DNA of 64,000 nucleotides from Malacoraja senta. Taxonomy: Eukaryota. Every line of letters begins with the position of its first letter. Position 1 is the stretch's first letter. The DNA lies in NCBI GenBank assembly GCA_038087875.1, contig JAXLNO010000051.1, positions 434,001 through 498,000 of the forward strand, in the 5' to 3' direction. The notes beneath the pieces were generated by a model, which ran no database searches, was not told the DNA's origin, and saw only the letters and a program-made list of their open reading frames with translations. Below, piece after piece: positions 26,406 to 37,997 of the stretch. Position numbers and translations under genes: made by a program.

Positions 26406-29400
26406 TTTTACTTCGGAGACACGACAGTGATTCCGTGAAGAAGACCCGTCAGGGCGCAGGCACGTCATTACGTCTGACGCATTGGCGCACGAACCAGCGG
26501 GAGGACAGAGCTCCTCCTGTGGTAGGTACTTTTAATGTAATTTTAAACTTCAGCTAAGTGGGAAAACTTAGCTGGAGTAAGAAGTTCTTTTGCTGTGGTG
26601 CCGTGCTTTGTTTTTTACAGTTGAAGACGACCAGGGGGAAGCAGGAGAGCCGCGGGAATTCGGTATGCGAGCGGTTGCCTCGTACCCCTGCACAGTCGCC
26701 GACCGCGAGCGGGGCGACTGCAGACTTAGTGCTACAAAGCACCAATGCCAACGGCAGTCATGTGTAATGCCACGGGGAAGTCTGCGAGGCCCTCGGACTC
26801 AACTGAGTAGGGCCGCGACGAGTCCCGTACGGGGCTGGAGACCGTTTTTTAAACGGTTCTCCCAAATGGAGCACCTCATACAAAGGTTGCTCCAGCAACG
26901 CACACTCCAGGGGGAGGAGTCGTATGGGCGGCAGGCTGCAGAAGAGGCCGCGCCGGCAGCACCTGGTAGAGGGATGCTTGGAGCACCCTCATGGATGAGG
27001 TGAGTGCAGATGGTCAGCTCAGTTCTGACCCCGATTCAGATGGTGAGTTCGAGCCTAGCGAAGACGGCCGTTGTGAGAGGTCTTATCTCTGGCAGCAGGA
27101 TTCGCTGTCCCATCTGAGTCTGGTACCACCAAGAAACAGGAGACCCGGGTAATTGCGTGTTGCTGAAGGTGCCAGCAGTGAACCGGGTGATATGGAGCCA
27201 GATGGGCGTGGGCAGGAATGCCCAGGAGATGAAGCTGCAGGGAATCCTGAAACTACTTGGCTCAGGAATCACGGTGTTCTCTAGAACGGAGGATGGAGGG
27301 CATCTGTCGGAGGCGCAGCAAGAGGTACTAGGGTTGCTTTGTAGCGTCCATTTTGAGATTAATTGTCCCAGGGAAAGTGCCTTTCGGCCCACCATTAATC
27401 CCAAGGTTGCAGCACTCTGCCAGCCCAGCAACATACAGCCGGCCAACCTACTCTTTGGAGAGAACCTAGCCAAGCGTGTCAAGGAGATGGATGACGAGGC
27501 AAAGATGGTGGGCTTGATCAAGCCATCGGCGGTCGGCAAGTTTCCAAAAAAGAAAGTACCCCTACAAACGAGGGACAGATTGGTTTGGACCAGGAACAAG
27601 TCGGCTGGCAATGCAGATGCGCAGGTGGCGTTCTGCAGCGGGAACACGGTCAAACGTCGGCTTTCTCGCCAGGAGCCGGAGAAAACGTGATCCACCAGGT
27701 ACCAAGGAGGAAGGTGGGCCTGGTTCTCAGGTGCACATATCAAATGTGACAAAACTTAAATCTGGGGTACATTACATCTGTTCTGGGATGAATGGAAGCA
27801 AATTACCTCAGCTCTGTTTATACTGAGTGTTATTCAAGAGTTTCGAATGGGGTTCAATCCAAATTGTGATTTGCACATCCAGCATGTTCCTGGGAGTACT
27901 GTTCAGTTTCCATTAACAGAACTGATGGAGGTTCAGACTGCGCTTGGACGCTTATGTGATAAAGGTGTAATTGGAAAGTCGGTTCACCAACCCATCAATT
28001 TGTGTCTAATATTTTCTCAGACCAAAAAAGGATGGGGGATATAGTATAGACATTGTAAGATGAAATTGTCACTGCCAAGCAACTAGGTCAAGAGGATGCT
28101 ATATGGTGACTATAGAGCTTAAAGATGCGGATTACTCAATCTCTGTTCATTTGCAGGATAGAGGATATTTGAAATTCACCTATGGCACAAAATTGTTAAA
28201 ACATATAATAGGCATGCTCAGAAGCCAGGGTCAGGTGCTCATGGCTTATGTCGATGATATCTTGATTAAAGGGCTATCCAAGAGAACATCTGAAGTAACT
28301 GGTGGTAGTTGTTAAATCCAATTTTCAAAGATTAGGCATTATTCATCCAGAGAAATCCAAAGTAACACCTGACTATTTGGGTCACAATTGATTCAATTAA
28401 GTGACTATGCCCAGGGGGAAAGGGTAGAGCTAATTCACAGCTGTATCGAGCTAATGGAGGCACTAAGGATACATTCGGGTAATTATAATAGACCCATGCA
28501 GTTATCAGCAGAGGCTGTTTCTGATTTGCAATTGTGGATTCACCATGTGTCCAGGAATTCTAGCAAGGTAGTGCTTGACCAGCTTTCCATGATTTTGCAG
28601 ATGAATGTCAGTGCACTCGGGTGGAGTGTCACGAAACGAGTTTGAGCTGTGGAGGCAGATGGTCTGAGCAAGAGGCATCGCTTCTGCAAACATGGGGAAT
28701 TAACTATTAAGAGCTTTTTATGGATAAGGCTTATTGCTCTAACAAAGGTAACCTGCATATTCAGTTTCAGATTGACAATACTACGGCAGTGGCATATATA
28801 TTAATCACATCGGTGGAATCAAGTCGGTATCTTGTGACAGGTAGGCTAATCAAATTTGGGCCTGGTGCATTGAAAAAAGTATTTGGTTTTCAGCTATTTA
28901 TCTACCAGGTAGATTCAACATGGTAGCAGACGCCAGGTCACGAAAGTTCCATGACAACACAGATTGGATGTTGAACCAGGAGGTTTTCAATAATATAGCA
29001 CTTATATATGAATGCCAGATATCGATTTGTTTTGCAGCGAGGTTTAACCACCAGCTGCCTAAATATGGTTCATGGGAACCAGACCAGGGGGCAGTTGCAA
29101 TTGATGCTTTCTCGTTACATTGGGGTGGTATGTTTTTATATATTTCCCACCATTCCGCCTCATAGGTCGGAGTCTGCAAAACATCAAGCAGGATGCCACT
29201 TCGGGGGTGCTTGTAATACCTAATTGCCCGACTCAACCATGGTTCCCTTTGATGTTACAGTTAGCTATAGCACCATTAATACAGCTTTAAGTGCTTTGTC
29301 GTCGTATGGTTTTGATGGGGTCAGGAAAAGATCCTATTGGGTTTTCATTATATCAAAGCTCGATTGATGAAAGGAATTTCAACTCTAAACCTCCTAAACT

Positions 29401-30302
29401 CAGGTATATGAAGATCTGGGATGTAAGTGTGGTCCTCAAGATACTTTGACAGTGGGTTCTAGTCACGTCTCTGAATTGACAAAACTCACCATGAAGGTGG
29501 TAATGCTCATGGCATTGGTTCAGCATAGCGAGTGCAGATCATGTTATATATTTGCGACCTGCTCAAACAGAGCCAGGTGTCACAGGTTTTTAAATTGTGT
29601 TTTCAGCAAAACCTACAGATACATGTTTATGTGTAAGGACACATTTATTACATTATATTGAAGCTACAAGGACGTTAAGAAATGTGGAAAAAGGCGCCGG
29701 GTGGTCAAATGAATTGGTACTTCAACAATTTTTACCATCGGCCGATTGCCGATGGGGGCTGTTTGCAAATTCAGTAATCAGTTCTGCATAGTTTCCCCTG
29801 GGATAGAGTGGTTTCTGTTTGTTTTGATTATTCAAAGCAATTGTCACTGCATGATATTCAAATTTCATGTTATCGCATTATTGATTGTTTCTCATCCGAA
29901 GTCAATCAATGCAGTGAGAAGCCGGGATTTAAATCTGCGGCATAAAATCACAGAGCTTTGAACTCTTCACGGAATCACTCACGTGACTCCGAAGTAAAAT
30001 AGTAAGATTAAACGTGAACTGACCAGTTTGAAGTTTGATCTTTATTTTAAGAGGAATTACGTTGGTGATTACGTGCCCACCACGCCCAACCCGCTCTCTC
30101 ATAAATGGTCACATGGTAGTTCTCATGTTTCTCATCTTACTATGTTACTTCAAATATTCTGTTATCTGTGATTTCATACCGCTGCTTTGAAGATTGACGC
30201 GCATGCGCCCTGACGGGTCTTCTTCACGTAATCACCAACGTAACTCCTCATAAAATAAAGATCAAACTTCAAACTGGTAAGTTCTCGTTTAATCTTGCTA
30301 TT
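26406..30302 (+). mobile_element. DIRS1-type retrotransposon with both ITRs and ICR; coding region decayed (gag, RT/RNaseH, MT-like, YR remnants); left arm only
   Basis: ITRs ~26428-26467 and ~30195-30235. ICR ~29963-30074 complements the 5' end joined to the 3' end. Motifs NLLFGENL, AYVDDILI, QIDNTTAVAY, VADARSR, DAFSLHW, LTMKVVMLMALV, AGWS. Empty site at ~35240-35260. Confidence 0.9.
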
Positions 30303-30450
30303 AACGTCCAAACTGTACCTCTTTGGTGTGGGAGGAAACCGAAGATCTCAGGGAAAACACACACAGGTCACGAGAAGAAGGTACAAACTCCGACAGACAA
30401 GCACCCATATTCGGGATCGAACCTGGGTCTCTGGCACTGTAAGGCAAGAT
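30303..30450 (+). mobile_element. SINE-like short repeat split by the DIRS insertion (first part 26330-26405)
   Basis: GTTTAGTTTAGAGATACAGC start (also at 24430-24455 on -). Contiguous in the right arm at ~35100-35325. Confidence 0.6.
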
Positions 30451-31439
30451 GCTGGTGATCTCGGGCTTGTCTCAACAGCTTAGTCCTGTGATCTTCGAAG
30501 GAGGAGTGGTGATCACAGGCTTCTTTCTGCAGTTCACATTTGCCTTAAGCAGTGCTGACAGTGCAGATTTCTCCCTGGCGGCTCAACTTTGAGCTTGAAG
30601 AAGTGATGATAGCAGAATATCCTGGCGGCCAGTCTTTTCCAGTGTGTGTGCTTGTCTTTGAACTTGTCAGCATCCTGGAAAACCAAACATTGTACCTGAT
30701 ACACTCTGGTGCATAACGTGTAAACATCAGATATTCATTCAAAACAGATTTTAAAATATCAATTGTTTATTTAATACAAGACAATTCCAGGATAAAGTGT
30801 CAACAACTTAAAATAAAAGGGTAACTTCTTCAGGATAGAAATTAGATATTTCTTCACTCAGAATATTTTTCAAGCGTTGAAAAAATGCTGTTAATTGCAT
30901 TCGAGCAAGATCAACATTTGATTCTAAGAAATAATAAACTATATCACAGTAAGAGAGGAAACTGCATTTAAAGTGCAGGTCGGGCATGACCTGCCTGAAA
31001 GGTGCAGACCCAAAATGGTGCCTGTCAAGATTCAAGATTGCAGCTTCCAGCCAACAGGCATCAGTGTCTACATTTGCGGCAATGAAGACAGTGACTATCA
31101 TGGGCTTCCCCCACACTGAAGTCAGGAGCAGGCGAGCAGCACCCAGTGGCCGCTGCAAAACCATGAATGAACAAAATAATATGTTGTTGAAGATAATCAG
31201 CAAGAGAGGCAGCATCTGTGGAGCGAGAAACTAGGTGAATGTTTCAGGTTAATATTCTTTCCTCAAAGCTGGGGAAAGTTGTCAGATGGAGACAGACAAA
31301 AAGAAGGATGAGGGAGATGGTCAAAATGGCCTCCCAGATCAATATTACTGTCAGTGATCCACTCCAGAGTCCACTCCGCACTGACACCGCTTCCTGGGGG
31401 TTGTGATGGTCTGAGGAGGAGAAGGAGGAGAAGCAGCAT

Positions 31440-31760
31440 CTTCCCCGTTCCCAGGCCCCGGAGAAGAACCGCTATTTATAGCCCCCGCTCTGCCCCGCCC
31501 CTCTACCTACCCCCGGGCCATTGGCGGCGTCAACCGAGGGGCGAGGGCGAGCGCGGAGAGCGGCGCAGGCGCACTGCCCGAGGGAGCCGTTGGGGGGGGG
31601 GGAGGGGGGAGGGGAGGGGAGGGGCGCACTCGCGTTGACGTTCACGTTGACTCAAGCCCCGCCCCCCGCCAACGGCCGGTCTATAAATAGCGGGAGCGAG
31701 GACGAGGATGCGGTTGGTTATTGGAGGCGGGCGCGAGGTTGGTTTCAGTGACGTGGACTT
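31440..31760. promoter_or_regulatory. Putative bidirectional (divergent) Pol II promoter / CpG-rich island
   Basis: CTATAAATAGCGG on - at 31469-31481 and on + at 31681-31693. YAACNG at 31531, 31587(-), 31670 and 31711(-). GCGCAGGCGCA 31563; TGACGT 31636 and 31749; TGACTCA 31648; ATTGG 31520 and 31720; GC boxes ~31493 and 31657. CpG retained. Confidence 0.7.
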
Positions 31761-31802
31761 TAGTCGAGGCGAGTCGAGGTCTGGTCAGTATTTAACCTGT
31801 AA

Positions 31803-32010
31803 TTAGTATATAATACAGGCTTTGTACTTAGGGTTAGGCCGACAAACCCGTCCCACACGCGTACGGTACAGGCCCTCTGCTGGAGGGGCGAGTGATATCA
31901 TATCAGGCGGTGGTTCAACAGTCTTTGTGGGAGACTTCACGGGTGACATCACCGGCGGTCTAATATGTGATTTCGCCAAACGTGCTGGTGGCAGTCGAGG
32001 ATGCACGTCA
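31803..32010 (-). mobile_element. Possible Gypsy LTR-retrotransposon pol C-terminal fragment
   Basis: Pro-rich linker followed by YRTRVGRVCRPNPKY, resembling the RTRSGRxxKPPxRY integrase tail. No PPT or LTR seen. Confidence 0.4.
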
Positions 32011-32014
32011 CCCG

Positions 32015-32495
32015 CGTCCCCTCCTCCCTTCTCCCCCCCCCCCCCCGCACTCCTCACCTCCCCTCTCATCACCTCTCCCACCTCGCATCCCCACCTCTCC
32101 TCTCCCTTCCCTCTCCTCCCATCTCCTTCCCAAATCTCCTCCTCTCCTCTCCTCTCACCTCCCCTCAAATACAGCACCAAAGATAATTATAAAAAGGTGG
32201 ATGTGAAAGATTGTCTCCTCTCCTCCCTTCCTTCCCTCTACTTCCCTATCCTCCCCTCTCCTCTCCTCCCCTCTCCTCCCCTCATCTTCCATCTCCTCCC
32301 CTCTTAACCTCTCTCTCCTCCCCTCTCTCCTCCCCTCTCTCCTCCCCTCGCTCCTCCCCTCTCTCCTCCCCTCTCTCCTCCCCTCTCTCCTCCCCTCTCT
32401 CCTCCCCTCTCTCCTCCCCTCTCCTCTCCACTCCCCCTCCACTCCCCGCTCCACACCCCCTCCACTCCCCCCTCCACTCCCCCCTCCACTCCCCT
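32015..32495. repeat. Polypyrimidine tract with (CTCTCTCCTCCC)n 12-mer repeat
   Basis: Direct reading; about 8 copies at 32310-32425. Confidence 0.9.
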
Positions 32496-32880
32496 CATAG
32501 AAACATAGAAAATAGGTGCAGGAGGAGGCCATTCGGCCCTTCGAGCCAGCACCGCCATTCATTGTGATCATGGCTGATCGTCCCCTATTAGTAACCCGTG
32601 CCTGCCTTCTCCCCATATCCCTTGACCCCACCAGCCCCTAGAGCTCTATCTAACTCTCTCTTAAATCCATCCAGTGACTTGTCCTCCACTGCCCTCTGTG
32701 GCAGGGAATTCCATAAATTCACAACTCTCTGGGTGAAAACGTTTTTTCTCACCTCAGTCTTAAATGTCCTCCCCTTTATTCTAAGACTGTGGCCCCTGGT
32801 TCTGGATTCGCCCAACATTGGGAACATTTTTCCTGCATCTTGCTTGTCCAGTCCTTTTATAATTTTAAATGTTTCTATAA
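32496..32880 (-). mobile_element. CR1 LINE 3' end (different subfamily)
   Basis: LIETFKII...TRGHSLRI...FTQRVVNLWNSLP; TTTCTATG tail repeat at 32496-32512. Confidence 0.85.
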
Positions 32881-33933
32881 GGACTAGTGTGTCCAATAAA
32901 ATGGATCCTTTACAGTTTGCATATCAGCCTAACATGAGTGTCGATGATGCCCTCATTTACATGCTGCAGAGGGTGTACACACATTTGGACACTACTGATG
33001 CATCTGTAAGGATTACATTTTTTGACTTTTCAAGCGCCTTCAACACAATTCAGCCTCGACTGCTAGGGGAGAAGATGGAGAAGATGAAAGTGGATCCATC
33101 ACTGGTACTGTGGTGTTTGGATTACCTTTCCCTCAGACCACAGTACGTGCGCCTACAGAACAACAATGTCTCATGCACCATCTTGAGCAGCACAGGGGCT
33201 CCACAAGGAACTGTGCTGGCTCCATTCCTGTTTACCATCTACACAGCGGATCTCCGATATAACACCAACAGCTGCTTTTTGCAGAAATTTTCGGATGACA
33301 CAGCTGTTGTCGGCCTCATTAAAGGGGGCAATGAGGAGGAGTATAGAGACATAATAAGTAATTTTGTGGAGTGGAGTGCACTCAATAACCTCCATCTTAA
33401 CACCATAAAAACCAAGGAGATAGTTGTGGACTTCAGGAGGGGGAGGAGGAGTGCCTAAGCAACACCAATCACCATTTAGGGCACTGAGGTGGAGGTGGTC
33501 GCTAACCACAGGTACCTTGGTGTGCAGCTTGACAGTGAGCTGGACTGGAAGTGTCATATGGAGGCGGTGTACAGGAAGGGACAAAGCCGACTGTATTTTT
33601 TAAGGAGGCTGAGGGCATTTAACATCTGCCAACCCCTACTGTGCAGTGTCTACCATTCAGTGGTGGCCAGTGCTCTGTTTTTTGCGGTGGCCTGCTGGGG
33701 AGATGGCGCTCGCATAGCGGACAAAAACAGACTGGACAAACTGATGAGGAAGGCCGGCTCAGTGGTCGGGGCTGAGCAACGAACGGTCCAGCAGGTGGCA
33801 GAGGCCAGAACTCTGAAAAAACTTGTTTCTATAATGACCAACCCCCACTCCATGCCCTGAAGGTGATCAAGAGCAGCACCTTCAGTCAGAGACTGATTGC
33901 ACCAATGTGCAAAACTGAGAGACATAGGAAGTC
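32881..33933 (+). mobile_element. Rex/Babar-type LINE RT fragment
   Basis: DPLQFAYQ...FFDFSSAFNTIQP...GAPQGTVLAPFLF...KFSDDTAVVG...RLYFLRRLR. Confidence 0.85.
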
Positions 33934-34133
33934 NNNNNNNNNNNNNNNNNNNNNNNNNNNNNNNNNNNNNNNNNNNNNNNNNNNNNNNNNNNNNNNNNNN
34001 NNNNNNNNNNNNNNNNNNNNNNNNNNNNNNNNNNNNNNNNNNNNNNNNNNNNNNNNNNNNNNNNNNNNNNNNNNNNNNNNNNNNNNNNNNNNNNNNNNNN
34101 NNNNNNNNNNNNNNNNNNNNNNNNNNNNNNNNN
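33934..34133. other. Assembly gap (200 N)
   Basis: Run of N; the true size is unknown. Confidence 1.
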
Positions 34134-35397
34134 AGACCATCACAATCCCCAGGAATCGGTGTCAGTGAGGAGTGGGCTCTGGAGTGGATCACTGACAGTA
34201 ATATTGATCTGGGAGGCCAGTCAGACCATCTCCCTCATCCTTCTTTTTGTCTGTCTCCATCTGACATCTTTCCCCAGCTTTGAGAAAACAATATTAACCT
34301 GAAACATTCACCCAGTTTCTCCCTCCACATATGCTGCCTGTCTTGCTGATTATCTTCAACAACGTATTATTTGTTTCATTCGTGGTTTTGCAGCGGCCAC
34401 TGGGTGCTGCTCGCCTGCTCCTGACATCAGGGGAAGCCCATGATAGTCACTGTCTTCATTCCCACAAATGTAGACATTGATATCTGTTGGCTAGAAGCTG
34501 CAATCTTGAATCTTGACAGGCACCATTTTGGGTCTGGACCTTTGAGGCAGATCATGCCTGACCTGCACTTTAAATGCAGTTTCCTCTCTTACTGTGATAT
34601 GTGTTTTTACTTCTTAGTATCTATTATATGTTGACCTTGCTCGAATGCAATTAACAGCAGTTTTTTCAACCATTGTAAAATATTCTGAGTGAAGAAATAT
34701 CTAATTTCTATCCTCAAGAAGTTACCCTTTATTTTAAGTTGTTGACACTTTATCCTGGAATTGTCTTCTATTAAATAAACAATTGATATTTTAAAATCTG
34801 TTTTGGAATTAATATCTGATGATTACACATTATGCACCCAAGTATATCAGGTACAATGTTTGGTTTTCTAGGATGCTGACAAGTTCAAAGACACGCACAC
34901 ACACTCTTGCAAAGACTGGCAGCCAGGATATTCTGCTATCATCACTTATTCAAGCTCAAAGTCGAGCCGCCAGGGAGAAATCTGCACTGTCAGCACTGCT
35001 TAAGGCAAATGTGAACTGCAGAAAGAAGCCTGTGATCACCACAACTCCTCCTTCGAAGATCACAGGACTAAGCAGTTGAGACAAGCCCGAGATCACCAGC
35101 ATCTTGCCTTACAGCGCCAGAGACCCAGGTTCGATCCCGAATATGGGTGCTTGTCTGTATGGAGTTTGTACCTTCTTCTCCTGACCTGTGTGTGTTTTCC
35201 CTGAGATCTTCGGTTTCCTCCCACACGAAAGAGGTACCGTATGCATATAAATTGGCTTCATATAAATGTAAATTGTCCCCAGTATGTGTAGAATAGTTTC
35301 CATGCTGTAGCTCTAAACTAAACTGAAAAACTACACACTTTCCTTGTGCCTTCAACCTCCCAAAGTGCAACACCTCACACTTGCTCAGTTTAAGCTC

Positions 35398-35870
35398 TGT
35401 CCAAGCAGTCGTTCCAGGTGCGACAGAGGTTCACCTGCACCTCCTCCAACCTCATCTATTGCATCCACTCTCTAGATGTCAGCTGATCTACATCGATGAG
35501 ACCAAGTGTAGGCTTGGCGATCGCTTCGCCGAACACCCCCGCTCAGTCCGCAATAACCAACATGATCTCTTGGTGGCTCAGCACTTCAACTCTCCCTCCC
35601 ATTCCGAATCCGACCTTTCTGTCCTGGGCCTCCTCCATGGCCAGAGTGAGGACCACCGGAAATTGTAGGAGCAGCAACTCATATTTTGCTTGGGCAGTTT
35701 GTACCCCATCGGCATGAACATTGACCTCCAATTTCAGGTAGCCCTTACTGTCTCCGCCCCTTCTCAGCTCTCCCCCAGCCCTCTGATTCCTCCTCTTCCT
35801 TTCTTCTTCCAGCCCCCCCCCACCCTACATCAGTTTGAAGTAGGGGTTTGGCCCAAAACGTTCTCTATTT
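35398..35870 (+). mobile_element. Penelope-like fragment (mirror of 25790-26258)
   Basis: SRCQLIYIDETKCRLGDRFAEH. Confidence 0.75.
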
Positions 35871-36407
35871 CCGTCACTCCAAACCGCCATAGAGGTTTTT
35901 TTTTATCTACCTGCCATTTCTCCGCCCATTTCTCCGGCCATTTCTGCATCTGATCTTCATCCCGCCGTATCTTCCGACAGCTTCCTCACTGTCTGCAACT
36001 CCTCCAATATTGGTGTCAACAGCAAACTCACCCAGCCACAGATCGCCAGCATCTTCACACATGCGCTCTGATGGAGGGACAGCACATCCTGGACATTTTT
36101 GCCGCTGTAAATAGAACAAAGTACTTGAGTTCACCGTGTTATTGTGAATGTCGGAGTGGTCACTGCCGAACCCGGCTCTATTTCAACGCCACGCACCCTA
36201 TCTACTCATACTGCCTCCTTCGGTGAGATGAGAACCTGGACCCAAAGATCCCACTGCACATCAATTCTGTCAATGAAGAATGGTCGTGACCTGAAACGTC
36301 ACCCATTCCTTCTTGGTCAAGTATGAATATTGCTTTCTTTAACTTCAAGTACACCTGCGTTCGCTCTCTCTCCACCCCCCCCCCCTACCAAAGTCACACC
36401 AGCTTGA

Positions 36408-36778
36408 AGTCTTGAATTTTCATGGCTTTTCATGTCGAATTTTCGTGGCTTTTCATGCCTTGAATTTTCGTGGCTTTTCATGTCTTGAATTTTCGTGGCT
36501 TTTCACGCCTTGAATTATCGTGGCTATTCACGCCTTGAATTTTCGTGGCTTTACATGCCTTGAATTTTCGTGGCTTTTGATGTCTTGAATTTTCGTGGGT
36601 TTTCATGTCTTGATTTTTCGTGGCTTTTCACATGGATTTTCGTGGCTTTTCACGTCTTGAATTTTGTGGCTTTTCAAGTTTTTAATTGCCGTTGCCTTTT
36701 ACATCTTGAATTTATGTCGCTTTTCAAGTCTTGAATTTTTGTGGCTTTTCACGTCTTGAATTTTCGTGGCTTTTCATG
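36408..36778 (-). repeat. Variant 25-bp satellite island (shorter mirror of 24556-25256)
   Basis: TTGAATTTTCGTGGCTTTTCA tandem; ~370 bp here versus ~700 bp in the left arm. Confidence 0.88.
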
Positions 36779-36964
36779 ACCCAAAACGTCACCCATTCCT
36801 TCTCGCCAGAGATGCTGCCTCTCACGCTGAGTTACTCCAGCATTTCGTGTCAATCTTCGGTGCAACACTGTGAATAATTTAGTTTAGTTTAGAGATACAG
36901 CGTGGAAACAGGCACACCGAGTCTGCACTAACCAACGATCCTCGCACATTATCACTATTAATAG

Positions 36965-37997
36965 GTTGAAGGCCAAGCGCAAAGTCAGTAACACCGCCAT
37001 CATGGAGCTTCTGCACACGGACGACTGCGCCAATGCAGCACACTCTGCAGAAGACCTCCAGGGCATCTTGAATGCCTTTGCCAAGGCATACAGAGCCATG
37101 GGCCTAGATCAGGTCCCACATCAACCACCACCCAACCAGCCGTCTAAAAGTGGACGACACCACTCTTGAAAATGTTCACCACTTCCCCAACCGTGGCAGC
37201 ATTCTTTCCTCAAAAGCTGACTTCGACTCTGAGGTCAACCATCGCCTGAGTTGTGCCAGCGGTGCCTACGCCGGGCTCAGGAGAAGTCTTTGAAGACCGA
37301 GACCTACATGTTCAAACAAAACTGCTGGTCTGCAGAGCCGTTGTCCTCTCCACCCTGTTGTATGGAGTTGAGTAATGGACCACCCACAGCAGGCACCTGA
37401 GAGCCCTGGAACAATATCATCGAAGCTCCTTTTGAAAAATTCTGAGGATCAGCTGGGAGGACAAACGCACCAACATCAGCATTTTGGAGGAAGCCAACAT
37501 GACCAGCATCACCACCACAATAATGCAGCACCAACTTCGATGGACTGGCCATATCATCAGCATGTTCAACACACGTCTCCCTAAACAAATCCTGTACTCT
37601 CAACTGAAGAAAGGTCGGCGAGCCCCCGGCGGGCCAAAGAAAAGTTTCAAGGACAACACCTACAACAGTTTGAAGAAATTCCACATCGCATCAAGCAACT
37701 GGGATTGCATTGCACTAGACATGCATTCCTGGAGGAAGTCCGTGCAGGAATGAGCTGCACTTCACGAAATGGAACCATGCCGTGTCGCAGAGACAAAGCG
37801 ACAGCAGCGTAAGGAGAGAGAGAAGGAGGCTCGACAACTACCAACCGACGCCAGTCTCCACTGCCCACGTTGCACCAAGGTGTGTGGATCGTGGATCGGC
37901 CTTTACAGACGTCTGCAGACCCACAAGTGGATGACCCTTTGGAGAGGACAGTCATACCCGTTTCGAGTGACCGCCGATGATCACACAAGAGAGGCAA
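36965..37997 (+). mobile_element. RTE-clade LINE fragment (mirror of 23335-24368)
   Basis: Same peptides; ORF 36966..37169 is identical to 24164..24367. Confidence 0.8.

Larger units (their letters stand above)
2081..31412. repeat. Left arm of giant inverted repeat
   Basis: 63961-64000 is the reverse complement of 2081-2120 (one mismatch), and 34134 onward mirrors 31412 backward. CR1, DIRS, RTE, Penelope and minisatellite blocks all recur in mirrored order. Confidence 0.93.

Noticed and set aside
28920..29236. Stand-alone DNA adenine methyltransferase
   Set aside because: It is the known MT-like domain of DIRS1 pol, here degenerate.
31440..31760. Histone H2A/H2B divergent gene pair
   Set aside because: The TATA/CCAAT layout is reminiscent, but no histone ORFs, octamer or 3' stem-loop are seen on either side.
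31826..31838. Telomeric TTAGGG repeat at the centre (fusion scar)
   Set aside because: Only TTAGGGTTAGG, under two units, inside a putative Gypsy fragment; consistent with chance.
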